NCBI RefSeq assembly: GCF_025998535.1
Contig: NZ_AP024233.1
Span: 880,217-904,216, forward strand
Length of the DNA stretch: 24,000 bases
Direction: 5' to 3'
DNA from: Desulfolithobacter dissulfuricans
GTDB lineage: Bacteria > Desulfobacterota > Desulfobulbia > Desulfobulbales > Desulfobulbaceae
Part shown: positions 13,485 through 22,522 of the stretch, piece after piece
Numbering within the stretch: the first letter of the stretch is position 1
Layout of the letters: each line of letters opens with the position of its first letter
Position numbers and translations under genes: made by a program
The notes under the pieces: generated by a model
Database searches by the model: none
What the model saw: the letters and a program-made list of their open reading frames with translations, nothing else
Told to the model about the DNA's origin: nothing

Positions 13485-16283
13485 TTATGCACGTTTGACC
13501 CGGCAGAGTCCATCTTTGGTCGCCTGAATCTGGGTGATGATATCATAGCCGTAGTTGGTGACCGTGTTGGCCGATTCGCCGATAACATAAGGCTCATGTC
13601 CCTTGGGATATTTATCCAGCAGGGAATCACCCATGAGCATGCCGCCAAAATGGAAGGGCATGAAGATCGTGGCCTCGTCCACCCGCTGGGTAACCTTGGC
13701 CATGACCTTTACCCTGCCACCTTCCGGCGATTCGATCCAGATCATCTCACCGTTGCGGATCCCCAGATCGTTGGCGGTTTTCGGATTGATCTCCGCATAC
13801 ATATCCGGGGCCAGCTCGGCCAGGTACTTGTTGCTGCGTGTTTCCGCTCCGGCTCCCATGTGCTCGACCATCCGCCCGGTGGTGAGTACCAGCGGGAAGT
13901 CCTTGGACATTCCGGGTTTCTGCTCGCTCTTGTACCTGGTGAAGACCCGGTAATGGTTTGGCTTGTCCTCGTAGGTCGGATACTTGGGAATCAGATCCGG
14001 CCGCGGCGAGTGCAGCGGTTCACGGTGGACGGGTACCTGGTCAGGGAAGGTCCAGACCACACAGCGGGCCCGGGCATTACCAAAGGGGGCCATGCCACGC
14101 CTGATCGCTTCCTTGATGGTTTTCTGGGACAGGTCGGTCTTCCAGTTGGTTCCTGGAACGATATCCTTGAACTCCGGATAGCCACCCATGACCTCACTGC
14201 CCGGGTTGGCCACACCCTTGGCGGCCAGCTGGTTTTCTGTCCGGCCACTCATGGAGTAGGTGTGTTCCAGGCCGAACCGGTTACGGAACGGCAGGCCACC
14301 CTTGGCAACCGGCTTGGAGATATCGTAGAGGATCGGGGTACCCGGATGTTCCTCGGTCCAGCAGGGCCAGGGCAGGCCGTAGTATTCCCCGTTGCACGGG
14401 CCACCGTTGGCCTGCAGGGTGTCGATATCAAAGGTATGCCAGTTTTCGGTATGCTTCTTGATCCGCTCGGGTGTGGGACCGTTGTACCCGATGGTCAGAG
14501 AGCCCCGGCCCAGCTCGCGGGTGATATCTTCGGGTACCTGTTTGATGTTCTTGTAGAACTTGTCGGCAAACCCGAGGCGCTTCACCAGCTCTTCCATGAT
14601 CTGGTAATCATCCTTGGAATCGTAGATCGGGTCAACCACCTTGAAACGCCACTGGAATTGACGCGAGGTCGAGGTTACCGAGCCCGAAGTTTCGTACTGG
14701 CTGGAACTGGGCAAGAGATACATGTTGTCCTTGTCGCTCAGCGCCGAGGCCATGGTGGGGAAGGGATCCACCACCACGATGAGATCGAGCTGGTCATAGG
14801 CTTTCTTGACCTTGTGGAACATGGAGTTGGAACTCACACCGCAACCCCACTGGATGAGGGCCTTGATGGGCGTGTACTGTTCAATCTTCTCTTCCTGGAT
14901 GACACCCTCGAACCAGCGCGACAGGGTGAATCCTTTTTTGTTCATCCATTTCTTTTCCTTGAACCGGGACACGATCCACTCATAGTCCACGTCCCAGACC
15001 CGACACCAGTGCTTCCATGAACCGTCCTTGAGGCCGTAATAGGCCGGCAGGGAATGGGAGAGAATGCACATGTCGGTGGCACCCTGGACATTGTCGTGGC
15101 CGCGGAAGATATTGGTTCCGCCGCCGGACTTGCCCATGTTGCCGAGAACCAGCTGCAGGATGCAGAAGGTCCTGGTTATGGAGGAGCCGATATGATGCTG
15201 GGTTCCACCCATACACCAGGTAAGGCTGGTGGGCCGGTTGGTTGCCAGCAGCTTGGCGATGCGCCTGGTCTCCGATGCGGGAATACCGGTGATTTCCTCA
15301 ACGACCTCGGGTGTGTAATGGGCGGCTTCAGCGGCCATTTCCGGGAAGCCGGCTACCCGGGTCCTGATGAATTCCTTGTCGTGCCAGTTGTTCTCGATGA
15401 TGGTGTTGATGAGCCCCATCATGAAGGCCGCGTCCGTACCCGGACGGATGCGGACAAAATCGGTTGCCTTGGCGGCAAGCTTGGTATAGCGCGGGTCGAC
15501 GACGATCAGCGGCGCGTTGTTGACCTCCTTGGCATACAGGATGTGCTGCATGGCCACCGGATGGGCCTCGGCCGCGTTGGACCCGATAAAGATCATGGAT
15601 TTGGCATGCCTGATATCGTTCAGGCTGTTGGTCATTGCCCCGTAACCCCAAGTGTTGGCGACACCTGCCACCGTTGTGGAGTGTCAGATACGGGCCTGGT
15701 GGTCAATGTTATTGGACCCCCAGAAGGCGGCGAATTTCCTGTGCAGGTAGGCCATCTCGTTGGAGACCTTGGCCGAACCGTTGAAGTGCAGCGCGTCGGG
15801 ACCGTCCTTTTCCCGGATGGCGAGCAGCTTTTTGCTTATCTCGTCCATGGCCTGATCCCAGGAGATCTTCTGCCATTTGCCACCGACCTTTTTCATCGGG
15901 CTCTTGAGCCGTTTTTCACTGGTGACCATGTCGATGGCGCCGGCACCTTTGCAGCAGTGCCCGCCCAGGGAGATGGGATGATCCTGGGCCACTTCCTGGC
16001 GGACCCAGACCCCGTTCTGGACTTCGGCGATGATGCCGCAGCCAACCGAGCAGTAGGTACAGATGGTTTTGACCTTCTTGGAACCCGGGTAGGCTGCTTT
16101 TTTTGTTGTGGCCGCCGAGGCTGTCGCGGTCAGTTTTGTGGTCATTGCCGCGCCGGTGAGGGCCGCTGTGGCCGCCGAGAGCTTGAGAAACGAACGGCGG
16201 GCAAGTTTCGGGTTGAGCGTGATCCGGGAAGAACTGTTCCCCGGAACCGAGGTGGAACTGGTAAAGATTTTTTTTCTGGCCAT
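13485..16283 (-). CDS. Periplasmic formate dehydrogenase catalytic (alpha) subunit, selenocysteine-containing, with TAT signal
   Basis: The two ORF-track pieces (15684..16283 and 13485..15671) are in the same frame and separated only by a TGA at 15684-15686. Read-through gives ...[29 protein letters not shown], the FdnG/FdhF active-site context. The N-terminus has a twin-arginine motif ([15 protein letters not shown]) and an Fe-S motif (CTYCSVGCG...C). The total is 932 codons. Confidence 0.95.
15657..15683 (-). promoter_or_regulatory. SECIS element directing Sec insertion at the fdhA UGA
   Basis: The mRNA reads UGA-CACUCCACAAC-GGUGGC-AGGU-GUCGCC. A 6-bp stem (two G-U pairs) with an AGGU loop begins exactly 11 nt after the UGA. 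As I recall the E. coli fdhF SECIS (UGA-CACGGCCCAUC-GGUUGCAGGUCUGCACC), it has the same spacing and the same GCAGGU core. Confidence 0.7.
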
Positions 16284-16295
16284 GGTACCCCTCCC

Positions 16296-16493
16296 TTATG
16301 ACCTGAGTGTTTTGTAATAATCCTTGAAGGCGGCTGTTTCCCGGTACAGAACTTCGTCCTGTACCTGCCGGCTCCCGGAGGTCCGGGTCGCCCGGGCCGG
16401 CCGGGATGCCGTCACCACGCCGGCGGCCACGGCCGAGCCGGCAAGCAGTGATTTGAGAAACGATCGTCTGGAATCATCCTGTCTCTGTTGCAT
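16296..16493 (-). CDS. Small TAT-signal protein of the 'formate dehydrogenase region TAT target' type (65 aa)
   Basis: MQQRQDDSRRSFLKSLLAGSAVAAG carries a twin-arginine signal. The C-terminus LYRETAAFKDYYKTL fits most of the family motif Y-[HRK]-x-[TS]-x-H-[IV]-x-x-[YF]-Y. AGGAGG lies 7 nt upstream of the ATG at 16493. A GGGAGGGG RBS for fdhA follows the stop. The ORF-track start at 16592 is not supported. Confidence 0.8.
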   Translation of the reverse strand: MQQRQDDSRRSFLKSLLAGSAVAAGVVTASRPARATRTSGSRQVQDEVLYRETAAFKDYYKTLRS

Positions 16494-16698
16494 ACTTGAT
16501 CCTCCTGTTTCAGGTTTGGACACGTCCACTGCGTCATCAACCCGTTGATATGGTTTGTCCGTTGTCCCGGTCACCTTACTCTGAATCGACAAGTGCCTGT
16601 GCCCTGTGTCGGCGTCTTGAGAAGAGGCGGAATTTCAGAGCCATGTCTTCGGACGACAGGTGGAATGAAGGACATCGGCCCCATCCAGCTGACATCAA

Positions 16699-17343
16699 CT
16701 ATCTCTCCTCCCGGTTTTCAGCCGGGGTTTCGCCCTTGTCCAGGAGCCCTTTCTCCAGGATCAGGTATCCCCTGAGAAAATCGCCGCAGGCCGTATAGAA
16801 CGGAGCCTGGCCGGTTGCCTGCAGCGCCCCGGTAAAGCCCTGGCACAGGGGATCGAGGAAGCGGTGCAGCAGGGTGGCCTGGTACAAAGCGGTATCGCGT
16901 TCTTTTTTTGTCTGTTCCTCTATAAGGGTAGCCAGGGCATCGAGCATGAGGACCAGGGAATCTTCCGGCTCCTTGACCGACTCGTCCTTGACAATACCGG
17001 CGCGTTGAAGGAAATCACGGTAATCCACCAGGCTGGGACCAAAGCTGCGCCCGTCCACGTAGTAGGACATCACTGTATTGATCTGGTCTTCACTGGTTGG
17101 ATCGATGAACAGATGATAGTACTCATCCTGGATCTCCTTGAGGGTCTTCTCTTCGAGCAGTTCCCCCAGCCTCCGGACCGCCTGGTCAAAAGCCGGATTG
17201 ATCACATCGCCGGCCAGGGCCGAGACGATGCCCCGCCAGCGGCTCATACGTTCGGCATCCGGTTCATCAATGAAAAAAGATTTGATCAGATCCAGGAACC
17301 GCAGCCGGATCCGCCCCAGTTCCCTGTCGGTTACGTCTGTCAT
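16699..17343 (-). CDS. TorD/DmsD-family redox-enzyme maturation chaperone
   Basis: This is a 214-aa acidic helical protein. The pattern EYYHLFIDP...PEDSLVLMLDALATLIEE...FLDPLCQGF is typical of TorD-like chaperones. Its start overlaps the upstream stop in ATGA (17340-17343). It sits in a TAT-dependent molybdoenzyme locus. Confidence 0.8.
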   Translation of the reverse strand: MTDVTDRELGRIRLRFLDLIKSFFIDEPDAERMSRWRGIVSALAGDVINPAFDQAVRRLGELLEEKTLKEIQDEYYHLFIDPTSEDQINTVMSYYVDGRSFGPSLVDYRDFLQRAGIVKDESVKEPEDSLVLMLDALATLIEEQTKKERDTALYQATLLHRFLDPLCQGFTGALQATGQAPFYTACGDFLRGYLILEKGLLDKGETPAENREER

Positions 17344-19208
17344 TGATTTCCCTGTTCGTAGAGTTTTATCACTCGGCAGTCTTCACAGTATTCCAGCAGG
17401 TTGTTGTCTTCCAGCAGGTCCCGGGATCGGAGCACAGCCATGACCTTCATAAAGCTTTTCCGGGTGCCGAAGACCTTGCCGCAAAGGCTGCAGGTGAGTG
17501 GTTCAGCCCTGGTCAGTTCTTCGGGCTGGAAAAAGTCAGGTTTCAGGCCCAGCCCGGGTGATGCGGAAAGCGCTTTTTCCGGACAGACCTGCACGCAAGC
17601 GTTGCACTGGACACAGAGGGCTGGAAGATGATTGAGGGTAAAGCTGCCGCTGTCAGCACTCAGGGCCTCGATATGGCACTCGCCCAGGCAGGCCAGGCAA
17701 TGGGTGCACCGGTCCTGGTCGCAGGCAATCCGGCCGAAGCGGGCGAAGGGAGGTCCCTCAAGGATGGTGTCCAGCCCGTGTTCCGTAACCAGGAAGTACA
17801 GCAGGTCGGTCAGCTTATGTCGACGGTTGATGAAACCAGGGTTCCTGTACAGGCTGCAGCGGGCCGGAGCCGGCAGGTCCAGTCGGGCCGGCAGTTCAGC
17901 GGGCGAGGTGCATTGGATGAAAACAGGACTCTCCGGCAACTGGGCGGCTACATGGTTGGTGAGCTCGATCTGGTCCGCCAGGGACCTGACGGGACCTGTC
18001 CCGGGTCCAAGGAGCAGGATCCGGCCGGCACCGCGGGCCATGAGATAGAGAAAATGCATGGCGGTGAGCGCCTCAACCAGCGGGTATTCCAGGAAAAAAA
18101 CTCCTTCCCATCGGCGGTTTCGGTTGTGCCACCAGAAGCTGTGCAGGTCCTGTTCGGGACCGATGACAACCGTGGTACCGGGCTGCAGTTCGATGGAGCC
18201 GAAGTACTCCACGAACTCCCGGTCGGGAAACCGCTGGTACTGCAGGGCGCCGGTGGGGCAGGCCGCCAGGCAATCGCCGCATTCCACGCAGAGGAGATGG
18301 TCGATATGAATGGTGTCTTCTTGCCTGGAGATGGCGCCGTGGCCGCAGGCCGCCATGCAGGCGTCACAGCCGCCGTCATGTTTCGCGCTGTACTGGCAGA
18401 TCGACCGATCGAAACCAACCACTTCCTCCACCTGGGCGGCATAGATAGAGGCAAAGAGCCGGTCCAGCTCCTGTTCGGTGAAGATAGTGGCGGCCTTTTC
18501 AGGCCGGGAGATCCCGGTGCCTTCAAGGAGGAGAACCGCCGGTACCCTAAGTTCTCTCTGTTCTACCCCGTGGAGATCGATGGCCGCCTGGGGACAGACG
18601 GTGACGCATTGCCCGCAGAACGAGCAGCGATCAAGATCCAGAAAGAGACGTTCGGAGAGGCAATGCTCCGGGCAGACGGGACCGCATTCTCCGCAGTAGG
18701 TGCATTTCTGTGGATCGATCGGGTTTCTAACCCGGAAGGAGAGGTGATTCTCCCGGCCGATGCTACGCAGCTCCAGGTCGTCCACCGTGACAAAATCCGG
18801 ATCGCTGCCCCGGGTCAGCAGGGGCTCGATCTCCAGGACCCCGCCGTATCGATCAACAAAGTCGCGCAGTTTCGAGGCTTCAGGTGCGAGAACCGCCACC
18901 CTGGGATCCGGGTCCAGGGTATAGGAGCGGAAGGACTGGCTGCTTTGGCGGGTCAGTTCGGCCCGGGCCCGGGTGGTCATCTCGGCCTGGCTGTATTTTC
19001 CCAGGTCACCGTTGACCTGCAGGGTCGGCGACAGGGGAAAGGGAGAATCGGGATGGATTGCGGGAAAGCCGCCGGCCAGGAGAATGTCGCGCTCTTTGTT
19101 GCCGGGACAGGTAAAGGGGGTGCCTGGATATTGCGGCGCGGGAACCGTGGAAAAAACCGGATCTGCTCCCTTGCCATACTTCAGCAGGTATGCTGAATAC
19201 TGTTTCAT
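17340..19208 (-). CDS. Large multi-[4Fe-4S] ferredoxin-domain protein (622 aa) of unknown role, first gene of the formate dehydrogenase cluster
   Basis: It has at least five ferredoxin-type cluster motifs: CTYCGECGPVCP, CSFCGQCVTVCP, CVECGDCLAACP, CTHCLACLGECH and CVQCNACVQVCP. It also has CDACMAAC and a C-terminal CSLCG...CEDC knuckle. The N-terminal region of about 165 aa and the central region of about 150 aa have no motif I recognise. Confidence 0.85.
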   Translation of the reverse strand: MKQYSAYLLKYGKGADPVFSTVPAPQYPGTPFTCPGNKERDILLAGGFPAIHPDSPFPLSPTLQVNGDLGKYSQAEMTTRARAELTRQSSQSFRSYTLDPDPRVAVLAPEASKLRDFVDRYGGVLEIEPLLTRGSDPDFVTVDDLELRSIGRENHLSFRVRNPIDPQKCTYCGECGPVCPEHCLSERLFLDLDRCSFCGQCVTVCPQAAIDLHGVEQRELRVPAVLLLEGTGISRPEKAATIFTEQELDRLFASIYAAQVEEVVGFDRSICQYSAKHDGGCDACMAACGHGAISRQEDTIHIDHLLCVECGDCLAACPTGALQYQRFPDREFVEYFGSIELQPGTTVVIGPEQDLHSFWWHNRNRRWEGVFFLEYPLVEALTAMHFLYLMARGAGRILLLGPGTGPVRSLADQIELTNHVAAQLPESPVFIQCTSPAELPARLDLPAPARCSLYRNPGFINRRHKLTDLLYFLVTEHGLDTILEGPPFARFGRIACDQDRCTHCLACLGECHIEALSADSGSFTLNHLPALCVQCNACVQVCPEKALSASPGLGLKPDFFQPEELTRAEPLTCSLCGKVFGTRKSFMKVMAVLRSRDLLEDNNLLEYCEDCRVIKLYEQGNQ

Positions 19209-19290
19209 GTACGGTTCATCCTCTGGAAGAGACAGAAAACTGTGGAGCCCGGCCGGAAGATATCTGGCCTGCTGCCATGTTTCACGGGTT

Positions 19291-19320
19291 TATTATATCC
19301 TGTTACCAACAGATATATTA
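19291..19320. promoter_or_regulatory. AT-rich imperfect dyad overlapping a perfect minus-strand TATAAT; candidate promoter/operator of the formate dehydrogenase cluster
   Basis: The sequence TATTATAT(C)CTGTT-ACC-AACAGATATATTA has a core CTGTT/AACAG (19300-19304 / 19308-19312). Flanking ATAT arms pair if one C is bulged. The minus strand reads TATAAT at 19297-19292, about 85 nt upstream of the ATG at 19208. This is the most AT-rich stretch in the window. Confidence 0.4.
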
Positions 19321-19403
19321 TTAGTTAATGGCGCAAGGAAATAAATCAGGAGGAAGCTTTTTTTGCTGTAGGTTCAAGACTGATTTATTTGTAGGGTTTT
19401 TAC

Positions 19404-20075
19404 CTACAGGGTGGAATCGTTGGGGCCGAGCGATTCCTGCTCGGCCCATAGGACGGCACGGCGGGTCAGCTCGGTACCGTTTTTCAGGCCCAGTTTTTGC
19501 TTAATGCGATCTCGATAGGTACCGATGGTCTTGATGCCCAGGTTCATCTGCAGGGCGATCTCCCTGGTGGAGAGACCGCTGCCGATGAGGCGGAATACCT
19601 CCAGTTCCCGGTCGGTGAGCAGGTCCACCGTGGACGTTCCCTGGTCCCTGGAACCCTGGTGCATCCTGTCCAGCAGAACAGAGACCATACCGGGACTGAC
19701 ATGGATCTGGCCCTTGCGGATATTGCGCAGGGCGCAGATAACCGATTCGGAGGCCTCCTTTTTCATGATATAGCCGCGGGCGCCGGCCCGGAGGGCCCTC
19801 TCCGCCCAGACCGTTTCGTCGTGCATGGACAGGACCAGAATCGCTATGTCGCGGCCGGAGCTGCGGATCTCCCTGATCAGCTCCAGGCCGTTGTCATCGG
19901 CCAGGGTGATGTCGATGATGGCCATGTCCACTTCCTGCTCGGCCAGCGCCCTGCGGGCCTCTTCCATGTCCGCCGCCAGTCCGCAGACCACGAAATCGTC
20001 TTCCTGGTTGAGCAGCTCGCGCATGCCCATGCGGAAAATGGGATGGTCATCGACAATGAGAACCTTTGTTTTCAC
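19404..20075 (-). CDS. NarL/LuxR-family response regulator (REC + HTH_LuxR)
   Basis: The receiver domain reads KVLIVDDHPIFRMGMRELL...DMAIIDITLADDNG. The C-terminus LTDRELEVFRLIGSGLSTREIALQMNLGIKTIGTYRDRIKQKLG is a LuxR-type HTH. Its GTG start overlaps the kinase stop in GTGA (20072-20075). Confidence 0.95.
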   Translation of the reverse strand: MKTKVLIVDDHPIFRMGMRELLNQEDDFVVCGLAADMEEARRALAEQEVDMAIIDITLADDNGLELIREIRSSGRDIAILVLSMHDETVWAERALRAGARGYIMKKEASESVICALRNIRKGQIHVSPGMVSVLLDRMHQGSRDQGTSTVDLLTDRELEVFRLIGSGLSTREIALQMNLGIKTIGTYRDRIKQKLGLKNGTELTRRAVLWAEQESLGPNDSTL

Positions 20076-22522
20076 TTGAACACCTTTCCCTCAAGGGTTA
20101 CCATCGTGCCCCCGGTCGGGCCGGGCTCGATGTTCAGGCTGGCTCCGATGGCCTTGGCCCGGTACTGCATGGTGTGCAACCCCATGCCTTTTTTGCTGTC
20201 CTTTTCCGCAAAACCTTTCCCGTTATCGATGATGCGCACCGACAGGTGGAGATGTTCGCGTCGGACGATGATCTCGATCTTCTCCGGACGGCCATGCCGG
20301 GCGGCGTTGAACATGGCCTCGCGGATGATGTAGTATACATGGGAAGCCTGGTTGGTGGCAACTTCTTCCACCTGCGGATCAATGGAGAGGCTGCACCGGA
20401 CCGGGAAGAGCTGTTCCAGCTCCACCACCAGTTCTTCGATGGCCGCCTTGAGGCCATACTCTCTGATATGGACAGGGTAGAGCCCCCGGGAGAGACGACG
20501 GGTTTTTTCGATGGCCTCCCGGATCAGCTCCCGGATGGCGCCGAGTTGTTCGGCCTCGGCCGGGACCTCTTTTTCCAGCTTCTGCTGCAGGACCTTGCTC
20601 AGAAGTTCCACCCCGCTCAGGTGGGAGCCTAGATCATCGTGCAGGTCGCGGCCGATCCTGCTCCGTTCCTCCTCGCTGATGGCGATCACCTGTCTCTCCA
20701 GGATGGCTCGCTCCTTTTCCGAACAGATCTTCAGGACATGGAGCCACATGCCCTCCAGCAGCATGGTCATCTGCCGGATGTCGGAGTTGTCGTAGTCGCG
20801 ACTGCTGTCGCAGACCCCGGCCACCAGGACCACTCTGGAGTCGTTGCTGATCGGCACGTCCAGACGACGACGCACCGGTCGGCTGTAGGGATAGGCCGGG
20901 AAACGGTTGGTCTGGGCCGTGGTATTGAGAATGAATGGCTTTTTCTTCAGCACGCAGGTGCCTATCAGGTCGCCTTCTTCAACGGACCTGGGAGCGGCGT
21001 TATCATCCGGTCCCAGGCCGAACTGCCCGGTATGGATGGTGACCCGGGAGCACAGGGTCGCATGGGTCTGGGTGTTGTTGACCAGGGCGATGTAGCCGGA
21101 GGCAGAGCCGGTGATCTGGACAATGCGGTGGAGAACAAAATCATACTTGTCCCGGATATCATGGCCCTCCATCATCCCGAGCTGGAGCAGGGTGTCGAGC
21201 CGCAGTTCGTCCCTCCGGAGGATGCGTTCCTTCTGGATCCGGTCGTCCACCATGGTGTTGGCCAGCCGGGCCAGGTCTTCGAACTCGGCAAAGGCCAGAT
21301 CCTGGTCCCGGATCTTGACCTGGTTGTCGGCTGCCTTGCGGAAGAAGTCGGTGAACAGGCTGATACCGTGCTTGATTTTGCTTGAATGATAGTAGGCCAG
21401 GCCCAGAAGAAAGAGGACCGCCACGGCAAAAAGGCCGATGAAGATGAAGACGTTTTTAAAGGAAATCGTCACATAGGTGCGGGTTTCCTCGGTAATGGCC
21501 TTTTCCATGGATGCCATGGACATGTCGGTGGCCAGGATCCAGTTCCAGTCCGGATAGGCCTGGACATAACTGAGCCGCTGGCCGCTCTTTCTGGAACCTC
21601 CCTGGTTCATCTGGTAGTGGATATAATGTTCCCCCTCCGGTTTCAGGGCGGCCTCCAGCATGGCCCGGCCATAGGGTGTTCCCTGGCTGCCGACCAGATC
21701 GGTGATGGATCGGCCGATGAATTTTTTCTCCGGATGACTGATAATGGTCCCGTCGAAGCGGAAGCAGAGGATGAACCCGTCTTCGTCAAAGCGTATGTCC
21801 TGGATGGTGGAGAGGATATCCTCCTGGAGGAGGTGTTCCATGGCCTCGTTGGATACGGCGGCGCCGATGTACCAGTCGAACGGAGCGAAATACTTGACAA
21901 AGAGAATGCCGGGAAAACTTCTGTCCCCCACATCTTCTTTCATGAACCGGTAGCGGTAGATCCCGGCACCCTTGTCCCGGAGAATCCTGATGATTTCCGG
22001 AGGCAGCGAGCGGCCTTGCCCGTCTGGAAGCCGCCCGATCTTTAACCCTTCAAGAAAAGGGTTGTCGGCAAAGAGGTCAATGGTACCCTCCTCGAGGCGG
22101 CCGGCGAAATAGGAGCCCCGGCCGTTGTTCCAGCGGATGGGGCGGAGGATTTCGGCCACCATGGCCCGCAGCTCGGGAGTATTCTTTTCCTCCCGGTACA
22201 TGCGGTAGATGTGCGAGGCGATGGTGTAGGCGGTACGGACCTTCTCCCGGAGCTCGTTTTCAACCCGCATGTCGGCCTGGGAGCGGCGGTGCACGATGAA
22301 CCCCAGCATGTTGTCCATCTCTTCCCGTACCCGGGCCTGGTACAGCTCCCGGTAGGTGTGGCGGATATTGGCGATGCTTTCCCGGTAGGTCTGATACTCG
22401 TTGATTATCCAGAAGATGCCGATAAAAAAGGCCAGGGCCAGAATGACCAGGAGCGAGGCCCGGAAGGGGGCATAGGAGAGGGAGGGACGCCGTCTCGTTG
22501 CGGGCATATCTTTCCCCTTCAT
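20072..22522 (-). CDS. Sensor histidine kinase: TM - periplasmic double Cache - TM - GAF-like - HisKA_3 - HATPase_c (NarX/LiaS class)
   Basis: Two TM helices (LLVILALAFFIGIFWII and FIFIGLFAVAVLFLLGLAYY) bracket about 320 aa with Cache-like motifs (RWNNGRGSYFAG, YFAPFDWYIGAAV, PDWNWILATDM). The H-box reads ERSRIGRDLHDDLGSHLSG (HisKA_3). The ATPase motifs are REAMFNAARHG, DNGKGF and GMGLHTM. Confidence 0.93.
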   Translation of the reverse strand: MKGKDMPATRRRPSLSYAPFRASLLVILALAFFIGIFWIINEYQTYRESIANIRHTYRELYQARVREEMDNMLGFIVHRRSQADMRVENELREKVRTAYTIASHIYRMYREEKNTPELRAMVAEILRPIRWNNGRGSYFAGRLEEGTIDLFADNPFLEGLKIGRLPDGQGRSLPPEIIRILRDKGAGIYRYRFMKEDVGDRSFPGILFVKYFAPFDWYIGAAVSNEAMEHLLQEDILSTIQDIRFDEDGFILCFRFDGTIISHPEKKFIGRSITDLVGSQGTPYGRAMLEAALKPEGEHYIHYQMNQGGSRKSGQRLSYVQAYPDWNWILATDMSMASMEKAITEETRTYVTISFKNVFIFIGLFAVAVLFLLGLAYYHSSKIKHGISLFTDFFRKAADNQVKIRDQDLAFAEFEDLARLANTMVDDRIQKERILRRDELRLDTLLQLGMMEGHDIRDKYDFVLHRIVQITGSASGYIALVNNTQTHATLCSRVTIHTGQFGLGPDDNAAPRSVEEGDLIGTCVLKKKPFILNTTAQTNRFPAYPYSRPVRRRLDVPISNDSRVVLVAGVCDSSRDYDNSDIRQMTMLLEGMWLHVLKICSEKERAILERQVIAISEEERSRIGRDLHDDLGSHLSGVELLSKVLQQKLEKEVPAEAEQLGAIRELIREAIEKTRRLSRGLYPVHIREYGLKAAIEELVVELEQLFPVRCSLSIDPQVEEVATNQASHVYYIIREAMFNAARHGRPEKIEIIVRREHLHLSVRIIDNGKGFAEKDSKKGMGLHTMQYRAKAIGASLNIEPGPTGGTMVTLEGKVFK

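Noticed and set aside
13383-16301. Long plus-strand ORFs (13383..15020, 545 aa; 15054..16301, 415 aa). Similar antisense ORFs occur elsewhere, for example 17628..19196 (+), 22498..23637 (+), 20639..21385 (+), 1587..2552 (+), 5215..6150 (-), 6873..7682 (-), 7770..8507 (-), 8568..9317 (-) and 9374..10222 (-).
   Set aside because: These are mirror ORFs on the strand opposite genes with unmistakable conserved domains (formate dehydrogenase, Fe-S protein, binding protein, kinase, PHP, Gate protein, GGDEF). Their translations are low-complexity and rich in G, R, P and H, as expected from stop-codon depletion in GC-rich antisense frames.
16494-16592. The N-terminal 33-codon extension of the small TAT protein ORF (MSIQSKVTGTTDKPYQRVDDAVDVSKPETGGSS).
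   Set aside because: The strong AGGAGG lies inside this extension, 7 nt before the internal ATG at 16493. The family is typically 70 aa or shorter with the RR motif near the N-terminus. The extension would bury the TAT signal.
16628-16643. A sigma-54-like motif, TGGCTC-TGAAA-TTCCG, on the minus strand upstream of the small TAT gene and fdhA.
   Set aside because: The register is correct, but the near-invariant -12 GC is replaced by CC and the -24 element is also imperfect. That is too weak to call. Another near-match at about 23800-23815 (minus strand, TGGTAC-AAGT-TTGCC) has the wrong spacing by 1 nt.
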